Of a DNA stretch of 64,000 nucleotides, positions 38,481-52,306 are shown in pieces (within the stretch, counting starts at the first letter, position 1; the number at the start of each line of letters is the position of its first letter). Source of the DNA: Massalongia carnosa (taxonomy: Eukaryota); NCBI GenBank assembly GCA_965645245.1, contig OZ287069.1:682001-746000 (forward strand), read 5' to 3'. The notes under the pieces are model-generated. The model ran no database searches, was not told the DNA's origin, and was given only the letters and a program-made list of their open reading frames with translations. Made by a program: the position numbers and the translations under genes.

Positions 38481-40944
38481 ACCAAGGCTCGCGGCCGTCT
38501 CATGGGCATCGCTAGGCCTACATAAATAGTCTGGCGGCACAACAGTAGATATTCCAACAAACATTTCGAGGGTAGCCGTTGCGGAAGAGAGACGATACAC
38601 CCCCGGCCGTACGAACCGGGGTGGAAGCAGTTGTACATTTATTATCATAATTCTAACAGGAATAGATCACTAGGAAGAGGATTTTGAATTTAGTTCTAGA
38701 GCTTAACTATATGTAAAGTGAAACAAAGCTTTGGATACGGATGCCTAATCCCTCTAGGGATAGAGTGGCGAACAATAAAATCAAGAGTGACCTGAACGAT
38801 GAAGCATGGACTTGAGGGGTCTTGTACAATGCAGAACCAGGTTAGAAGGATCCTATCGGTATTAGAGGGCTGGGAGTGATCACTTTAAAGAAACCTTTGT
38901 TAATGCTTGATCTCGCAGAGCTCGGGGAACAAGTAAATGAATCAGTAATATGATTAGGATAATTGGCATATTGGCCGCAAATACCTGTATCAAGCTCAGG
39001 TTGACCGTGTCTTGTGAAGTCACACTATCAACGACAACCTATTATTAAGAGATTCCAGTAGCCGTTTGGAAGATGAGTCATTTGATAACTAGACCCCGAT
39101 CGAAGGCAAAATTCTCTGGCGGTTTATTTTCTCATTGGCACGTGAGCAGGATGTGACTACTATAACGCTTCCTTTACATCAACGTAACTAATGAGGAGTG
39201 TATCAATAAGCTTAGATTAGCATGCATATTGAGCAAACCTAACTAACTACCTATGAGCTTTGAGATGCCGTTTTAGACCCGTCTACAGAGTACTCTGTAA
39301 TGGCATCAGCCACTGACCAAGTGAAGCGGGAGCGAGGATTGATGCGATGGGTCTTGAAAAACCCTGCCTCCAAATTCCCCATGTCAGTAGTATGCAGTAT
39401 TTTTATTTAGAAGAAAATATATACTCTAAGAACGGTTCTTTCACAAATAATTACCCCATCTCAAACCATGGCACCTAAGGCTGTGAGCTGTATAATCATG
39501 TTTAACGTATCTGACTGCCCTCTTCCAGAAACTCATCTAACTCTGCCGTAGGCCCTGCTGCGTCTGATTATAATGATCCTCTTCCTATATCATTCAAAAA
39601 GTCTGTCTTTTGATACACCCCCTAATTTCTATTCGTCAACTTTACCTAAATTGATTTTGATTTGTCGCTCTTGAACTTACTAGGGATGGGAAACTAAATG
39701 AGAGAAATTTTTGATAAGGTAGAAAACCACATGGAAATCACCTCAAACCACGGCGATTTCAAGCATAAAAGCTCCTTCAAGAGGAAGTCTTGAAATATCC
39801 GTATATCTGAGTAGCTCGCTTCAAGGACGTAAGCCTCATTGTTTGAAAATAAATAAAATTCTATAAAACATTCTTAAAAAAAGTATTGGAGCCTCGCTAG
39901 CCCGACGCAAACGTCACACACGAATAAAAAATCACCGCGAGGAAAATTAAAGAAACAGAGGAAAGTCCTAGCAAAATCAAATCGCAACTCCATCTATAGC
40001 ATAAGCAGCCCCACTCAACAAACAAAAAATCAAGATGCACGAATATCTAGCAAAAGTAGAGAATGCCCTGACTACCTAAATAGGCACGGAAAAAATCGAA
40101 CTCGCCGATTTCCTCCACAAACGCCGAGTATGTTCATGTGACTGACACAAACAAACCCCCAAGTATGTGATCATATCATGTATTGCAAACTAATCAACAA
40201 TAGACAACTAATGTTTCGCTCGGCGAACACGAACAACTATCGTTTACTAACCGAATTATCGAGAAAAGTCAAAGTACTAACCTCTTGCTTAATGCAATCA
40301 GAAACACTGATACAAATCTCACTGACAGCTCTGTTATTGTATCAACAACAACACCTTTTCTTTCTTTCCTCTGTCTTCGATCTTACTATCCTAACGCCTT
40401 GATAGACTCGAACCATTCGTAGGAAAATCGCCAGGATTCAGCGAAACACATGGTTTTTCATGTACTATAGACAGGTAGAATCAGCCCGTATGAGCCGGCC
40501 TTAGGCCAGTATCACACCAGAGTAAGAATACATCATCGTCATCATCATTCTTCGAAGTATAGCAGAGTTAAGAGTAGTATAGGTGATGCCGTCAGCCTTC
40601 TAGTAACAACTGTTCCTTTTTGTAGTGAGTGTTCTGTTTGTAAAATAGCTGTGACAACTGTTCATACCTAGGCGCCCCCCATATTCCAACCCTATGGCAA
40701 GTAGCTAGTCGCCGAAGCATTTTCAGCCTGAAAGTGGCCTAGCACGAAGTCTTCATTATCAGTGTCAATAACGGTGATGTGCGGAAATGATCTCCCCGCA
40801 TACAAAAATAACTGTGTTCATGGAAGGCGAGGTAAGCCTAATGATTACAAAGCTTGTTGTATTTCCAGGATCGGCTTCAACACGCTTCCTATCGTACAAA
40901 CTATTTTGTTGCTTCTAGATAACCAATCTCGATCCTCCATCACA

Positions 40945-41358
40945 TCATCTACCAGGTAACTGTCCAGACATGGCAGTATTTTGCTCTTGGAATCGTTGAC
41001 CTAATCTCTCGGATCCTTTAAGGTTCTTATCCACACACCGCATCACGCAACCTTCTTCCTTCGAGTGGAGAGATTTTGTTGTAAAATCGTTTACGCAGTC
41101 GTCAAAGCATTTCTGAACTAACTTGGAGTACATCTGCCAAAGAATTTACTTTCAGTGCCACGATCAAAGGAATATAAGAAATAACTCGACCACAATCAAG
41201 AAGATCAAGAGATCACTCACAGTCATAAATTCTTTCATCTGCTTCTTTTCCATTCTGGTCTGCAGCTCCCGCTGCTCTGACGGGTTGAGTCTATGCCAAA
41301 ATTACTTAGCCAACGAACCCTGGGACAAATGCAAAGAACAGGAATCATACCCATCCAT
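40945..41358 (-). CDS. TIM9: Mitochondrial small Tim chaperone Tim9 (3 exons)
   Basis: [48 protein letters not shown]...CVMRCVDK twin CX3C motif. Confidence 0.93.
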
Positions 41359-42491
41359 CTTTGTGCTTGAATATTTTAAAAGAGGGCAGATTTATCTGGA
41401 ATTTCTCCGAGCTAATGGTTCTTGTATCTCCGTCGACAAACAGGTTGATCCTTGAACGACAGCAAGTGTTCTGGGTCTTGCAGCAACACCTGAGGTGGTG
41501 CATAGGTTTTCCGGCATTATGATTGATCCGGCCGGTAGTTCTTCTAGGATGCATGCGCATAACCGAAGAGCGCTAAACCCATATAAGGCTTGTAGGCATA
41601 TGATCAGCCTTGTCCCTGCCATCCTTCCCTCGTCAATCTTTATTTCTGGATGAGATTTGCTACGTTTGCTACACACCTATCTAAATAAGAGCTTTGAAAC
41701 TGCAGCCTTGCGATACATTCAAAGCAACTCTGTCTTCTTTGCAAAGTTACTTCTACAGAATAGACAAATCAGACTATTGTACGACTTTGCAGTCAGCTGT
41801 GAGTGCCTGCAGCATTGTGGGGCCAAGCACAACAGACTGGGAGGGTCGAGGTCAACTTTCATTCAACCTTTCAACCTTCGCACAACCCACCCTGCGACCT
41901 TCCTTTGCAAAACTTCCTCCACGCTAGGCACACGTTTATTCTTGTTTTCTTTAACCAATAATATCATAATCAGATGCACATTCCTTCGTCGCAATAGCCT
42001 AACTACAGAGTTGGTAGAGTCGCTCGGAGGTGTCCACTCAGCAGGACGCATGGACAGTTGATCATTTCGGTGTCCAGCCTGGACGTTCGGTATTTAATTC
42101 AGCAGTATTTCAATTTTGGCTGCAGGGCCCGCATTAGGTGCAACGGTGCGCCTACATCTGTAAGGCAGGGTTCGTCCAGGACAGCGGCGCGTCCATCACC
42201 GCGAAGCAAAGTTTCAGTGTCCAGAGTTCATCGTCGCAACCAGAAACTCAGGATCAAGCGCCCAATTCTAACCAAAGATTCAAATATCACATCTTCTCAA
42301 CGCTTCACTGCTCCTTGGACAGTTTTGGGTGGAGATCTGATGCTTCAGAAAGGACTCAACGTTGGCTATCAACCAATTTGAGTTTCGATTTCTATTTCGG
42401 GAAACCTCACAGTTGATGATCTTCCAATTCCCACTTAAGTCGCCAACCGCCCAGCTTTGAGACTTATCTCAATCTTGCTTGCCAAACCAAA

Positions 42492-45375
42492 ATGGCGACG
42501 GGTAACATCCCCACCTCTGCGCCTTCAGAAATTGTAACATCAGCCCCAACCAAGCGCGATCTTACCACCTGGTGGAAAGGCTTTATCATGAAATCAAAGA
42601 AAGAAGGTGATAAGGGTAACAATTCCCCCTTTCTCTTGTTGTCTTGAACTGTTTGCGTAACTCCATTTACATTGTTTTAATGAAGCAACTTAGCTCGAGG
42701 TTTGCTCCGGGCAGTTTTACCATGAATAAGCTTTTATTTTGTGAAGTGGGATAGTATCTCCTGTGCATGAGGAAGGGAAACTTTCTTCAAATTTTCTATT
42801 CACCTGGGAAACTCCTGTACTACACCTTCCTAATAAATCTTGTACCACATTTTATTGCTTCCATAGTTTTCTATTCTAAGGGCGCTTACTCTATCAAAGC
42901 ACCAATAGATCCTTCCGTATTGTACATTTTCGACTTGCTAACTTTTGCCTAAAAGCTGTAGAAACTCCGAGTGGAATTTTTGGCGTTTCTCTTCAAGTCA
43001 GTATCAAGTATGCGAATGTTGCAATTTCTCTTACGAATGAGCACGGAGAGAGTTTCATCTACGGGTATGTGCCTATTGTCGTTGCCAAATGTGGGGTGTT
43101 CCTGAAAGAAAAAGGTAACTTCTTTCTGAAACCAAACTGTTATTGATTTTTAGCTCACTGGCTGGTTTTTGCTTTAGCAACCGATGTTGAGGGAATTTTC
43201 CGACTCAATGGGTCTGCCAAAAGGATCAAGGAGCTCCAAGCAATTTTTGACTCCCCAGACCGCTACGGAAAAGGCCTTGATTGGACGGGCTATACTGTTC
43301 ATGACGCAGCTAACATTTTAAGGCGGTATTTGAATCAGCTTCCTCAACCTATCGTCCCTTTAGATTTCTATGAGCGATGTCGCGAGCCCCTTAGAAGTCA
43401 TCAGGCGCAAGCCGCCGGGAACCTGGAAGCGCAAGCGCAAGATGCTGGAGATTTCGATCAGAGTGCAGCGATAGCTACCTATCAGCGGCTGATTACAGAA
43501 CTTCCTCCCCTTAATCGACAACTGCTGTTATACATTCTTGACCTTTTGGCAGTCTTTGCCTCCAAATCTGATCTCAACCGCATGAACTCAGCAAATCTTG
43601 CTGCAATCTTTCAGCCTGGAATGCTATCACACCCCTCTCATGATATGAAACCACATGAGTACCGGCTCAGTCAAGATGTACTTATCTTTTTGATTGAAAA
43701 CCAGGATAGCTTCCTGATTGGAATGAATGGTACCGCCGCCGATGAGAAAACCGTAAAAGAAGTACAGAGTGGCATACCACCGCCCAGGCAATCCCATTCA
43801 CCTTCAACTCCTAGGAATTCTCCAGCTGGACTTGGTAGGTCTGCTTCAAATGCAAGTGCTGGAGCAGATAGCCTTCGTAGGTTTGGTGGCATCCGAAGGA
43901 ACGTGTCTGTTTCTTCCAAGAACTCTAAGACGTCGATGAATGTTCCAAGCCCTGTTTCGCCATCGCCAGGAAGTCCTTATTTAGGTAATGCAGGTAACGG
44001 TGTTAGTGTTCAAAGAAGCAACACATTACCATCCAAGAAGTCGCCTGGGATTCCTCCATCGCGATTCAGTAGGCCAACGGAGTCGCCAACTTCAACACCT
44101 TCTACCCTTGCTGCTGGAAATTACGTTACCTCAAAAACCCGTGCATCATCTCCCGGGTCCAAACTGGCTCAGATTACAGTGGAAGGTACTTCGGCTTCTA
44201 CCACGTCTTCCGTAACCCCTGTTGTCGAAAACTCTTCCACCCTAGCGACAGTGGAGGAAGCTATGTTAAACAATCCAGGCAAAGAGCAACCTGTATCAAT
44301 TGAGAGACTCAGTTTGCAACCGCCTCAACTAGGCTTAGGAAGTCAGATATCTCTTGTAACACCAACCAGAGAACGCAAAGTATCAAATATATTCTCGAAG
44401 TCGCCAACGGCCGAAGAGGAATTCAGGGAGATACGTCAGCCAAAAAAGCTGAGAAAAAGACGCTTGCCTGATAGCTCTAATCCCAGCGCCCAGAGCTCGA
44501 CCCAATCACTAGCTGGTGTTCCAGATTCTCCAATAACACAACCTTTCTACACACCTCTGCCTACTCCTAGTGCTGCTGCGCAAACGAGTTATGATATTGT
44601 AGCCTTGGCAGCACCAACTTTCTCAAATACAGACGCCACCCCTGTTTCAGAAACGCCGCCTTATGTTGGAGAAGGAGCTCGGGAGGTTCATGGTGAACAT
44701 CCAGCAAATCAACAAGCTACCAACACGGGCCCTTCGCAAAAGCTTTCAAAGTCTCCTACTATGTCAGTACGATCACGAGCTTCCATCACTGATCTTTCCG
44801 AAGCTTTTTCTGAGCTCGACCACACGGACGACTCAGTCACGAATAATGGACAAGAGAAGAAGAAACGTCGTTGGAGACTATCGTCATCTGCTCGACAAAA
44901 TAACGACAATCGTGCCACCCTTTCAGCCTCATCTCAGCTTGGGACAAATCCGATTGCGGAAAATAGCAGCACTTCGATAGGCAGCTCGAGTAAACCCGGA
45001 AAATCTGTAAAACGATATTCGCAGCAGCAGGTCTTCAATCAATCCGCACCATTGCACCATCTGTCTTTAAGCAATGGTTCTCCACCATCGAAAGACAAGG
45101 AACTTACCAAGAAAGATGTCGCGCCAGAGAATACAGAAAAGAAAGGACCAATTGGCTGGTTCAAGGCAAAAGTGGCTCAAGCCAAAGAGGAGAGGAAAGA
45201 ACGTGAGGCTGAAAAGGAGAGAGCAAAGAGTCCTCCCCGCAACGACACTGATCATTATGAAAGTAAGCAAAGCCTATCTGCGGTTGCCCAAGAAACATCT
45301 CAGCGCGGGCGGTCAGCTGGCTCTGCAGAGAACGAAAGCCGGCCCACCACAACATCACACGACAGCTTAAGTTGA
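42492..45375 (+). CDS. SAC7: Rho GTPase-activating protein, Sac7/Bag7-like
   Basis: RDLTTWWKGF exon; GIFGVSLQVSIKYANVAISL...YGYVPIVVAKCGVFLKEK-ATDVEGIFRLNGSAKRIKELQ...LNRMNSANLAAIFQPG; long Ser/Pro-rich tail. Confidence 0.9.
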
Positions 45376-46266
45376 TACGCAAGGTTAGCGAAAATCCAGC
45401 TGAAGCTTGGGCAATCGTCTCAATTTCTTTCTAATCAAGAAAGCATGACAAGATTCTTTGCTGTGTTTTTACTCTTTTTTCTCACCCGCTTTTGTGCTCA
45501 TGACTCCATGTTTTGAATCACCATCAGATGAATGCCACACAAAGGGAAAGGAAGGTGCAATCGGGTATGGGCGCGACGTGGTTCAGATACCCCGGATTTT
45601 CTAAGGGAACCACGGAGCTATAGTCATGTAATATTGAGGGCGGGGCCCTCTGGCAGGTGGCTTCTTCTTTTGTCATGATGGGAGAGGTAATCTCGACGGT
45701 GGGATTTTAATTGTTGTTTCAGTATTCCGCTCGCATTTGGTGGGTTGGAGGGATTTCGAATGAATGTGTGTAAACTTGTCAATATCCAGATAAAGGATCG
45801 GGTTAATCAATGACGTTACTTCCTTGAAGAGCTTAGGATAGATAACATGACACGTTGAATCATTCTCATTCTTAAAGTCTCGGAAGAATCCACTTGATCC
45901 AACTCTTCGTCTGGACGGGAAGAGCCATCGTAAATCTACATCAGTTCTGCCTCTATGAAAAGTTACAGGATCTTACATGTGGTTGGGTAGGAGAGGAAGT
46001 AAATCAGAGCTAGGTACTAATTCACAGCAAAGTAAATACACAACAGATTGAGGAATATTTTTAGGGAGAAAGGTAGTATATGTACCGTAACTTAAGATGG
46101 GTAACTAGTACACGTCATAAAAACTTCAACTCGAGCCCAATCAAAGAATTTTAAGGTTGGGTATTAGTCATGTGACTCATGAACTAACGGAAGAGATTAC
46201 GTGCGCATCATAAACCGTTGTGTTTTTTTAGTTAATTTCATGATTTTTTGAACTTCAATAATTAAA

Positions 46267-46510
46267 TCAATAATCTGCCATTTTGCCTTCATCATCAATC
46301 ACTGCTTGCAAACTTTTAGGCATTAAATCACAATGATTTTTGGTGGGGGGAAAATTTTGGTGTAAATTTAATTTTGTCACCTGCGTGGTTTTACATTATC
46401 TAAGGTTCAATTGTATCTCAATTGCTTCATTTAATAACCTGTTATTTTGCCTTCACCGTCTATTACTGCTCGGAGACGATCAGGCATTGTCGCTATTTTC
46501 TCATTGATAA
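46267..46510 (-). mobile_element. Two tandem Tc1/mariner transposase C-terminal remnants
   Basis: INEKIATMPDRLRAVIDGEGKITGY* (46510-46431) and LMPKSLQAVIDDEGKMADY* (46330-46267) match the SMPxRxxAVIxxxG C-terminus; AT-rich context. Confidence 0.65.
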
Positions 46511-47106
46511 GTCTCTGTGGAAACAAGACTCCATCCTTCGTAAATCAGTTCCTTGATGGTGACATCCTCGCAATAAGGATATTTACGAAGATGTTGTTTT
46601 GAAGACGGCCAGCAGTCCTTAATAGAAGCTAAACCAAAAGATGAAGGGCAATTTAAGTAGTGATTTAAATGACAGATTCGTTGCGTAAGAAAGCATAGCC
46701 TTGTTCGCGCGAAACATTGAAAGTTCGAAAAACATCCTCTTTATAATAAGGAATTCCATTCTTTCGCAAGCTTCGAAAGCATCCTGATAACAGGAGTAGC
46801 ATAATGCTTTTTTCGCTCACGAGTATCAAATGTGGGAGTTCTAGATGTTGATTGAATAATTGTTGTTGAGGGTGGATGGTGGCGTAGATATTTTGGTGTG
46901 TGATTTTTTTTTGTCAACCTCGTGGCTGGTTTGACAACCCTCATCAGGAATAAAGATCTTCCGCCTGCAGTTTGAGCGGGTGAGCGCGTGATTGCCAAAT
47001 CATCAGCGAGAAGGGATATGGTGCTTGGATGTAAAAATAGCTCGTATCGATGGTTCGTCCCCGTGACTAGGAAAAGCAAGAAAAAAGACCAATACACCTA
47101 CACCTA

Positions 47107-48458
47107 ACGTAATTCACCTGTATTCGGAACACCCGCTTATTCGGAACTAACAAAACCACGATACTTACTTTCAACCATTATCTCTTCTACAACTTATTGA
47201 AGAAAACCCTAAAACTGATTTAATAAGGTAAAGGGTATTATAATGATTATAATAGCTGATTATGGATAAATTACGCCGCTGAAATGGCTTCTTCCCGGCA
47301 GTTTCGAGTTACAAATCGGGATTGCTTACTACCTTGAAAGACGAGGTTAGAACGTTTAAAATAGGCAGTTAAGGTTGAGAAGGCAGAAGGGTCGTAATCT
47401 ATTACGCAAGCTGCTTGAGTTCATGCGGTACCGAAAACAACATTGTATCACAGGATAAACAGTCGCCAGGACCATGTATCGTACGTTACTTCAAAGCAGA
47501 GGTTAACGCCCGAGGAGGAGGGATCTCTTCAGAGCTACTCTAGAGCTACTAGACTCCGCCTTTGACAAAATATCAGCTAAGCCTTATACGGACGATGACA
47601 CTCTTATTCAAACGCGTTATCTTTCAGGCCAAATATCACCAATATCAGGAAACAGTACAAGTCTCAGACTAAGCTTACTCTTCTACAAAAAACCCTTAAA
47701 GCAGCTAGGCTTGCTATGACTGACCGTATTGTCTTGAATCGTACTAATACGGAGCTTTTAGCAGCCAATACACGAGAAAAACAACGAGCTCAACGTACGG
47801 GCACTCAATACGACGTTCAAGGGGCTCGCGTATTGAGTTTAGAAGATGTGGAGAAAAGAAGACAACTAGCTGAAAATAAGAAAAAGGAGAAAGAGGCTGG
47901 ATCAAAGGTAAGGAAAGAAAAACAGAACGATCGACTATTTTTCAGGTATCTAAAGACCTAATGCGATTTGAACCCGACCTAATATTCGTGCATGATCTTG
48001 TAACATCTTGATCTTTACTTAAAAATAAGAAACGAGACGATTCTATCTTTCAAAACGCTTTTCACGACCTTATTCAGATTACACCTTATATTTTTAAGGA
48101 GACAGTTGAGGGTAACCTAGGGTTTAAAAAAACTGCTCGAAATAAAGGAAAAGGTATACCAAGAAAGAAAAATATCACTAGGTTGGTACAAGGTGATGTG
48201 AAAATAGTAGGAAAGGGGGAGAAGTAGGAAGTTTTAGAGGTTCGGGTTAGCTCGCGCGGTCGTGTCATCTGTAACACTCGTAAAATTTAGCTCTACAAGC
48301 TTATGCTAGCTATATATATTCACTAGAACCTGTTCATCAATTCCCGAGTACATGTGCTAGAAATTTTGCGGATGCGGCGGTGATAAAAAATTACGAAGGA
48401 TGGTATCAAATTTGTTAGTTCCGAATAAGCGGGTGTTCCGAATAGCGGTGAATTACGT
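47107..48458 (+). mobile_element. Internally deleted Fot1/pogo-type DNA transposon
   Basis: TA target duplication on both sides; about 48-nt TIRs ACGTAATTCACC..TATTCGGAACACCCGCTTATTCGGAACTAACAAA with 2 mismatches; HTH remnant SITQAA*VHAVPKTTLYHRIN...QRLTPEEE and a C-terminal coiled coil, DDE core missing. Confidence 0.92.
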
Positions 48459-49012
48459 TACTAGTAGTTACGTGAGGTGATTTATGCTGCTATGCGAGAT
48501 TAAGGTACGATGGCTCTGGTACCCTGTACCCGTGGGTATGTAGTGCTACCGTCTGTCAATGATAAAAGCTCTTCGAAACCAAGAATCCCTTTGCATGATT
48601 TTCTTGTCTCCATTTCCTAAAAAGTTTGTCAAATTAGCTCTGTAACTATGGCTAGTTATTAATCTATCTTTGTCACGGACAAGTCATTGTCAAACTTGGT
48701 CAACGCGCTAAGTGCTGCTTCTTCATCGCACTCGCTTCGGGTTCAGCGCCTCCTGTCAATCAGGCCATTCACTACGCCAACGCCGCTTGGCTCCAGGTGT
48801 GAAAAGTAAGAACCTGATTCATGCAAGTTGTTCCCCATTCCAACACTATTCTTGGCTTCTCAAGCTGGATACCTATTGCAACTTTAACGCGGCTCACACA
48901 GAGCTCTTTTGGTTCTTGCTTGGACCTGTGTTAGGTCTATCGACTAACATTGTTTCTCCCGCCTTAGTTATCCGTCTTTCATTAAACATCAAACACCATT
49001 ACAACGTTCCTC

Positions 49013-50041
49013 ATGATGCTCACCAAACGCGTCTTCGTATCTATCCCTCTGTTCCTTTCGCTCCTTCCATCTTTTGGTTTGTCGGAACCTGCAAACCCTG
49101 CCTTACAAGAGAGGGAAGCGGTGCCAGATGTAGAGGCATTTCAGCAGCTGCTTGACCAGGCTGAGCCGGCTTCTCTTCATGCCATGCTTCACGACTACTC
49201 TCCAAAGAAGTTCAAACATGGGATGTTCAGAGAAGATCGAAGTGCAGTGCAGGCCATACACCGGGACAATCCACCCCTGGCAGCTAGCATCGTCAGCTTG
49301 GCCAAGCGTCAGGGCAGCAACAATGGGACAAGCCTCACTCCTACACCGGCCGTGGTCCCCTCTCCCACTACTAGCTTTGTTGACAGCCTTAACCCATCAG
49401 CGTCGAACCCTAATCAAATCAGCAATACCGAACGTGTGACTCCCCTTCCGCAAGGTGGAACTGAGACGGGTACAGTTGTGACTGCAACTACCCTGGCTTC
49501 GGATTCGAGCAGCCCGGCTTCCACGACAGTTTCAGCGAGTTCCCAGCAACCTACAATCACCGATGCTTCGAGTGCACCCTCCGCCCAGCAATCAAGTATA
49601 TCCACCGCCGCGGAAACCTCATCCCCCTCTGCTGGCTCAGTGTTCACAACCACCAATTCTTTTGGCGTCATTATAGTCACCACAGTGGGCGGTAGCTTCA
49701 AGACAGTTGGGTCGGTGTCCCCGTCCACCTCAGCCACCCAGGCTGAGACTACCGTTCCCTCCAATGTCCCAGCAAAATCCACATTACCCTCCCGAACAAG
49801 TGCTATTGTACGTACGAGCACGCTCCCAAATGGTAGCAAGTCGGTTGTTACGGCCATCACCGTTGTGGGTGGTGGCGAAGTGGAAGGCTCAACACCGACA
49901 GGAAGTGCGGGTGTCGATAAAAGTGCCACAGGAACTGGAAAACCAAGTTTGCAGACTAATTTGGGCTCGAAGTCTGGTAGCACATTGAAAGAGATGCTGT
50001 GTGCTCTGGGAGGGGCGGTTTGGATAGCGATCTTAATGTGA
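49013..50041 (+). CDS. Secreted Ser/Thr-rich, probably GPI-anchored cell-wall protein
   Basis: Signal peptide, N-domain PKKFKHGMF.EDRSAVQAIH..NPPLA, Kex2-like AKRQ site, S/T-rich stalk, PSLQT plus hydrophobic C-terminus. Confidence 0.8.
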   Translation: MMLTKRVFVSIPLFLSLLPSFGLSEPANPALQEREAVPDVEAFQQLLDQAEPASLHAMLHDYSPKKFKHGMFREDRSAVQAIHRDNPPLAASIVSLAKRQGSNNGTSLTPTPAVVPSPTTSFVDSLNPSASNPNQISNTERVTPLPQGGTETGTVVTATTLASDSSSPASTTVSASSQQPTITDASSAPSAQQSSISTAAETSSPSAGSVFTTTNSFGVIIVTTVGGSFKTVGSVSPSTSATQAETTVPSNVPAKSTLPSRTSAIVRTSTLPNGSKSVVTAITVVGGGEVEGSTPTGSAGVDKSATGTGKPSLQTNLGSKSGSTLKEMLCALGGAVWIAILM

Positions 50042-50669
50042 AGATTGGCCAACGTCTGCAGCAACAATATCAAATATGGACATGCTAGGAGGCATTAGTA
50101 ACCATGGCTCGGGCTTTCCTGTACCTCTTCTAGAAAGAAATAGTGGGAGGTCTTTTGAAGATGGCGAAGGGATGAAAAAGAGTGACTACCACATGATGCC
50201 AGGAACCTGCTTTAAGGTAAAAAATTGTTTTTGGAGCGTTTTTGAAACTAGAAAACAAGAGAGGAATGTGGCGAGGGGTCATGTTGGAACAGGTTCGGAA
50301 TGTACCGAGGTTTCTACTTTGATTTTCATATATAGCAGAATAGCGAGCTAATAATGGACATCTATGAATCATTCTAACATTGATGTAACCACTGGTTTTT
50401 TTATAAACGCTTGCTATCAGGTCTATTATTTAGGTATCTACTGCATTACTTCTTACCTGGAAAGGACACAAGTTGGGATTTTTCCACGGGAAGATTTCGC
50501 CCTTTCACATATGACGTTGGTGAATGACTTCCCCCTTCGTGCGGAGTAGAACACTCCTGATTTTAAGACCGAGAGCCTACGCTCAAACGAAGATGCATAC
50601 CTTCTTTATATCGTCTCTTAATCAAATTACCTAAACCATAGTACAAGTAACTTCTCCGACGCTCCTACG

Positions 50670-52242
50670 ATGGACGAGTTTACAGCGGATACCTTTGTGA
50701 ATCGGGACGAGCCCATCCCAGCCATCTCTGTCTTAGGCAACGATGGTACACCATCTGATTCGGAGAGCAAACGCGAGAGACTGAGAAAGAACCTTTCAAG
50801 CTCGAAGCTTAAGGAAAAGCTTCAACATGTTGGGGCGGGCAAGACTGACTCGGGATCCTCCATACAGGACCGCCTATTCGCCAAGTGAGCAATGTCACGC
50901 CTGATGATATCATGGGAACTGAAACCCTTCGTAGACTTCTACAGCAGGTCATTCCTAACGAAGACATCACAGAGGTCTTGGAAACCCCAGATAAGCGATC
51001 TTCCAAGTATCTTGGCCGTCCTAGTTTCAGCCTTCCCCTCATGACCAATAACTTCAGGCGTTTCAATGCAAGGTAGTCTCTTGATATGCCATTATAAATT
51101 CGTCTATTGACGTCTATGGCAGGATTGGAGTGGTTTTTATATATCAGAACCGTTTGATACGCCTGCTATCTTGGAAAACCCCTTCACATACTCTCTCCCT
51201 ACTCGCAGTAGCGACGTTTGTCTGCCTAGACCCTTTCTTGCTTGCTGTTGTCCCAATCGTTGTAGCTCTGCTTTTCATTATGGTCCCAGCCTTTCTTGTC
51301 CGTCATCCACCGCCTCCATCCTTCGTTTCGCACACACCGTCATACTCGATAAACGGACCTCCCCTGGCGCCTCCTCGGATGATCAAGCCAGCTTCAGAGA
51401 CGTCAAAAGATTTCTTCCGCAACATGCGGGATCTGCAGAACAGTATGGATGATTTTAGCATCATTCACGATGCGATCTTGAAAGCCGTCACTCCGCTCAC
51501 AAATTTTTCGAATGAGCCCCTCTCCTCCACCTTGTTCCTCTTCATGTTCGCTGCAGCATGCATGCTCTTTATCTCGTCCCATCTCCTTCCTTGGCGATTT
51601 GTAAGTCTTATCCTCTGCTGGTCGGCCATCGTTCTGGGTCACCCGAAGGTTCATAATCTCCTCGTGGCAAATCGCGAAGAGCATCTGAAGCCGCGTGAGC
51701 GTGCGGCACAAAGCTGGCTGGAGAGTTGGATATCACAAGACATCATCCTCGACGCCCCAGCAGAGACGAGGGAAGTTGAAATATTCGAGCTACAGCGCCG
51801 AAAGGGCGGGCGCAACGGAGAATGGGAGCCGTGGATCTTCAGCCCCTCGCCTTACGATCCGTTATCACCTCAACGGATCTCTGGCGATCGACCGAAAGGG
51901 GCTACATTCTTCGAAGATGTTGAGCCACCTGGCGGGTGGGAATGGGGAGAGAAGAAGTGGATGCTGGATCTCGGGAGCAAGGAGTGGGTCGAGGAGCGGA
52001 TGGTGCAAGGGGTCGAGGTGGAGATTGAAGGGGAAAGGTGGGTGGTAGATCTAGTGCCCGAAAGAGCCGTGGACGATGCCGGCAATGAAGGGGCTTATGG
52101 AAAGGGCAAGGAGCAAAAACGGGACCGGGAAGAGGGCAATAGCGTCAGCGTACCTGGAGATTGGAGACGACGGCGATGGATCCGAACGGTGCGGCGAAAG
52201 GTTCTTGGTCGGCGAGAGGCGACGCCGTCCAAGAGCGAATAG
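50670..52242 (+). CDS. PEX29: Peroxisomal integral membrane peroxin, Pex24/28/29 family (dysferlin-like C-terminus)
   Basis: SIQDRLFAK, RPSFSLPLMTNNFRRFNAR-IG, SKDFFRNMRDLQNSMDDFS, REVEIFELQ, GDWRRRRWIRTVRRK; 2 introns. Confidence 0.85.
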
Positions 52243-52306
52243 AAAGGGAAACAAATATCAATCAATAAGCGAGTTTATGAACGAATTCCGTAGAGTTTTT
52301 CATTTC

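Noticed and set aside
39400..40500. AT-rich stretch suspected to be a retrotransposon relic
   Set aside because: No LTR pair, TIR, or RT/integrase motif could be identified
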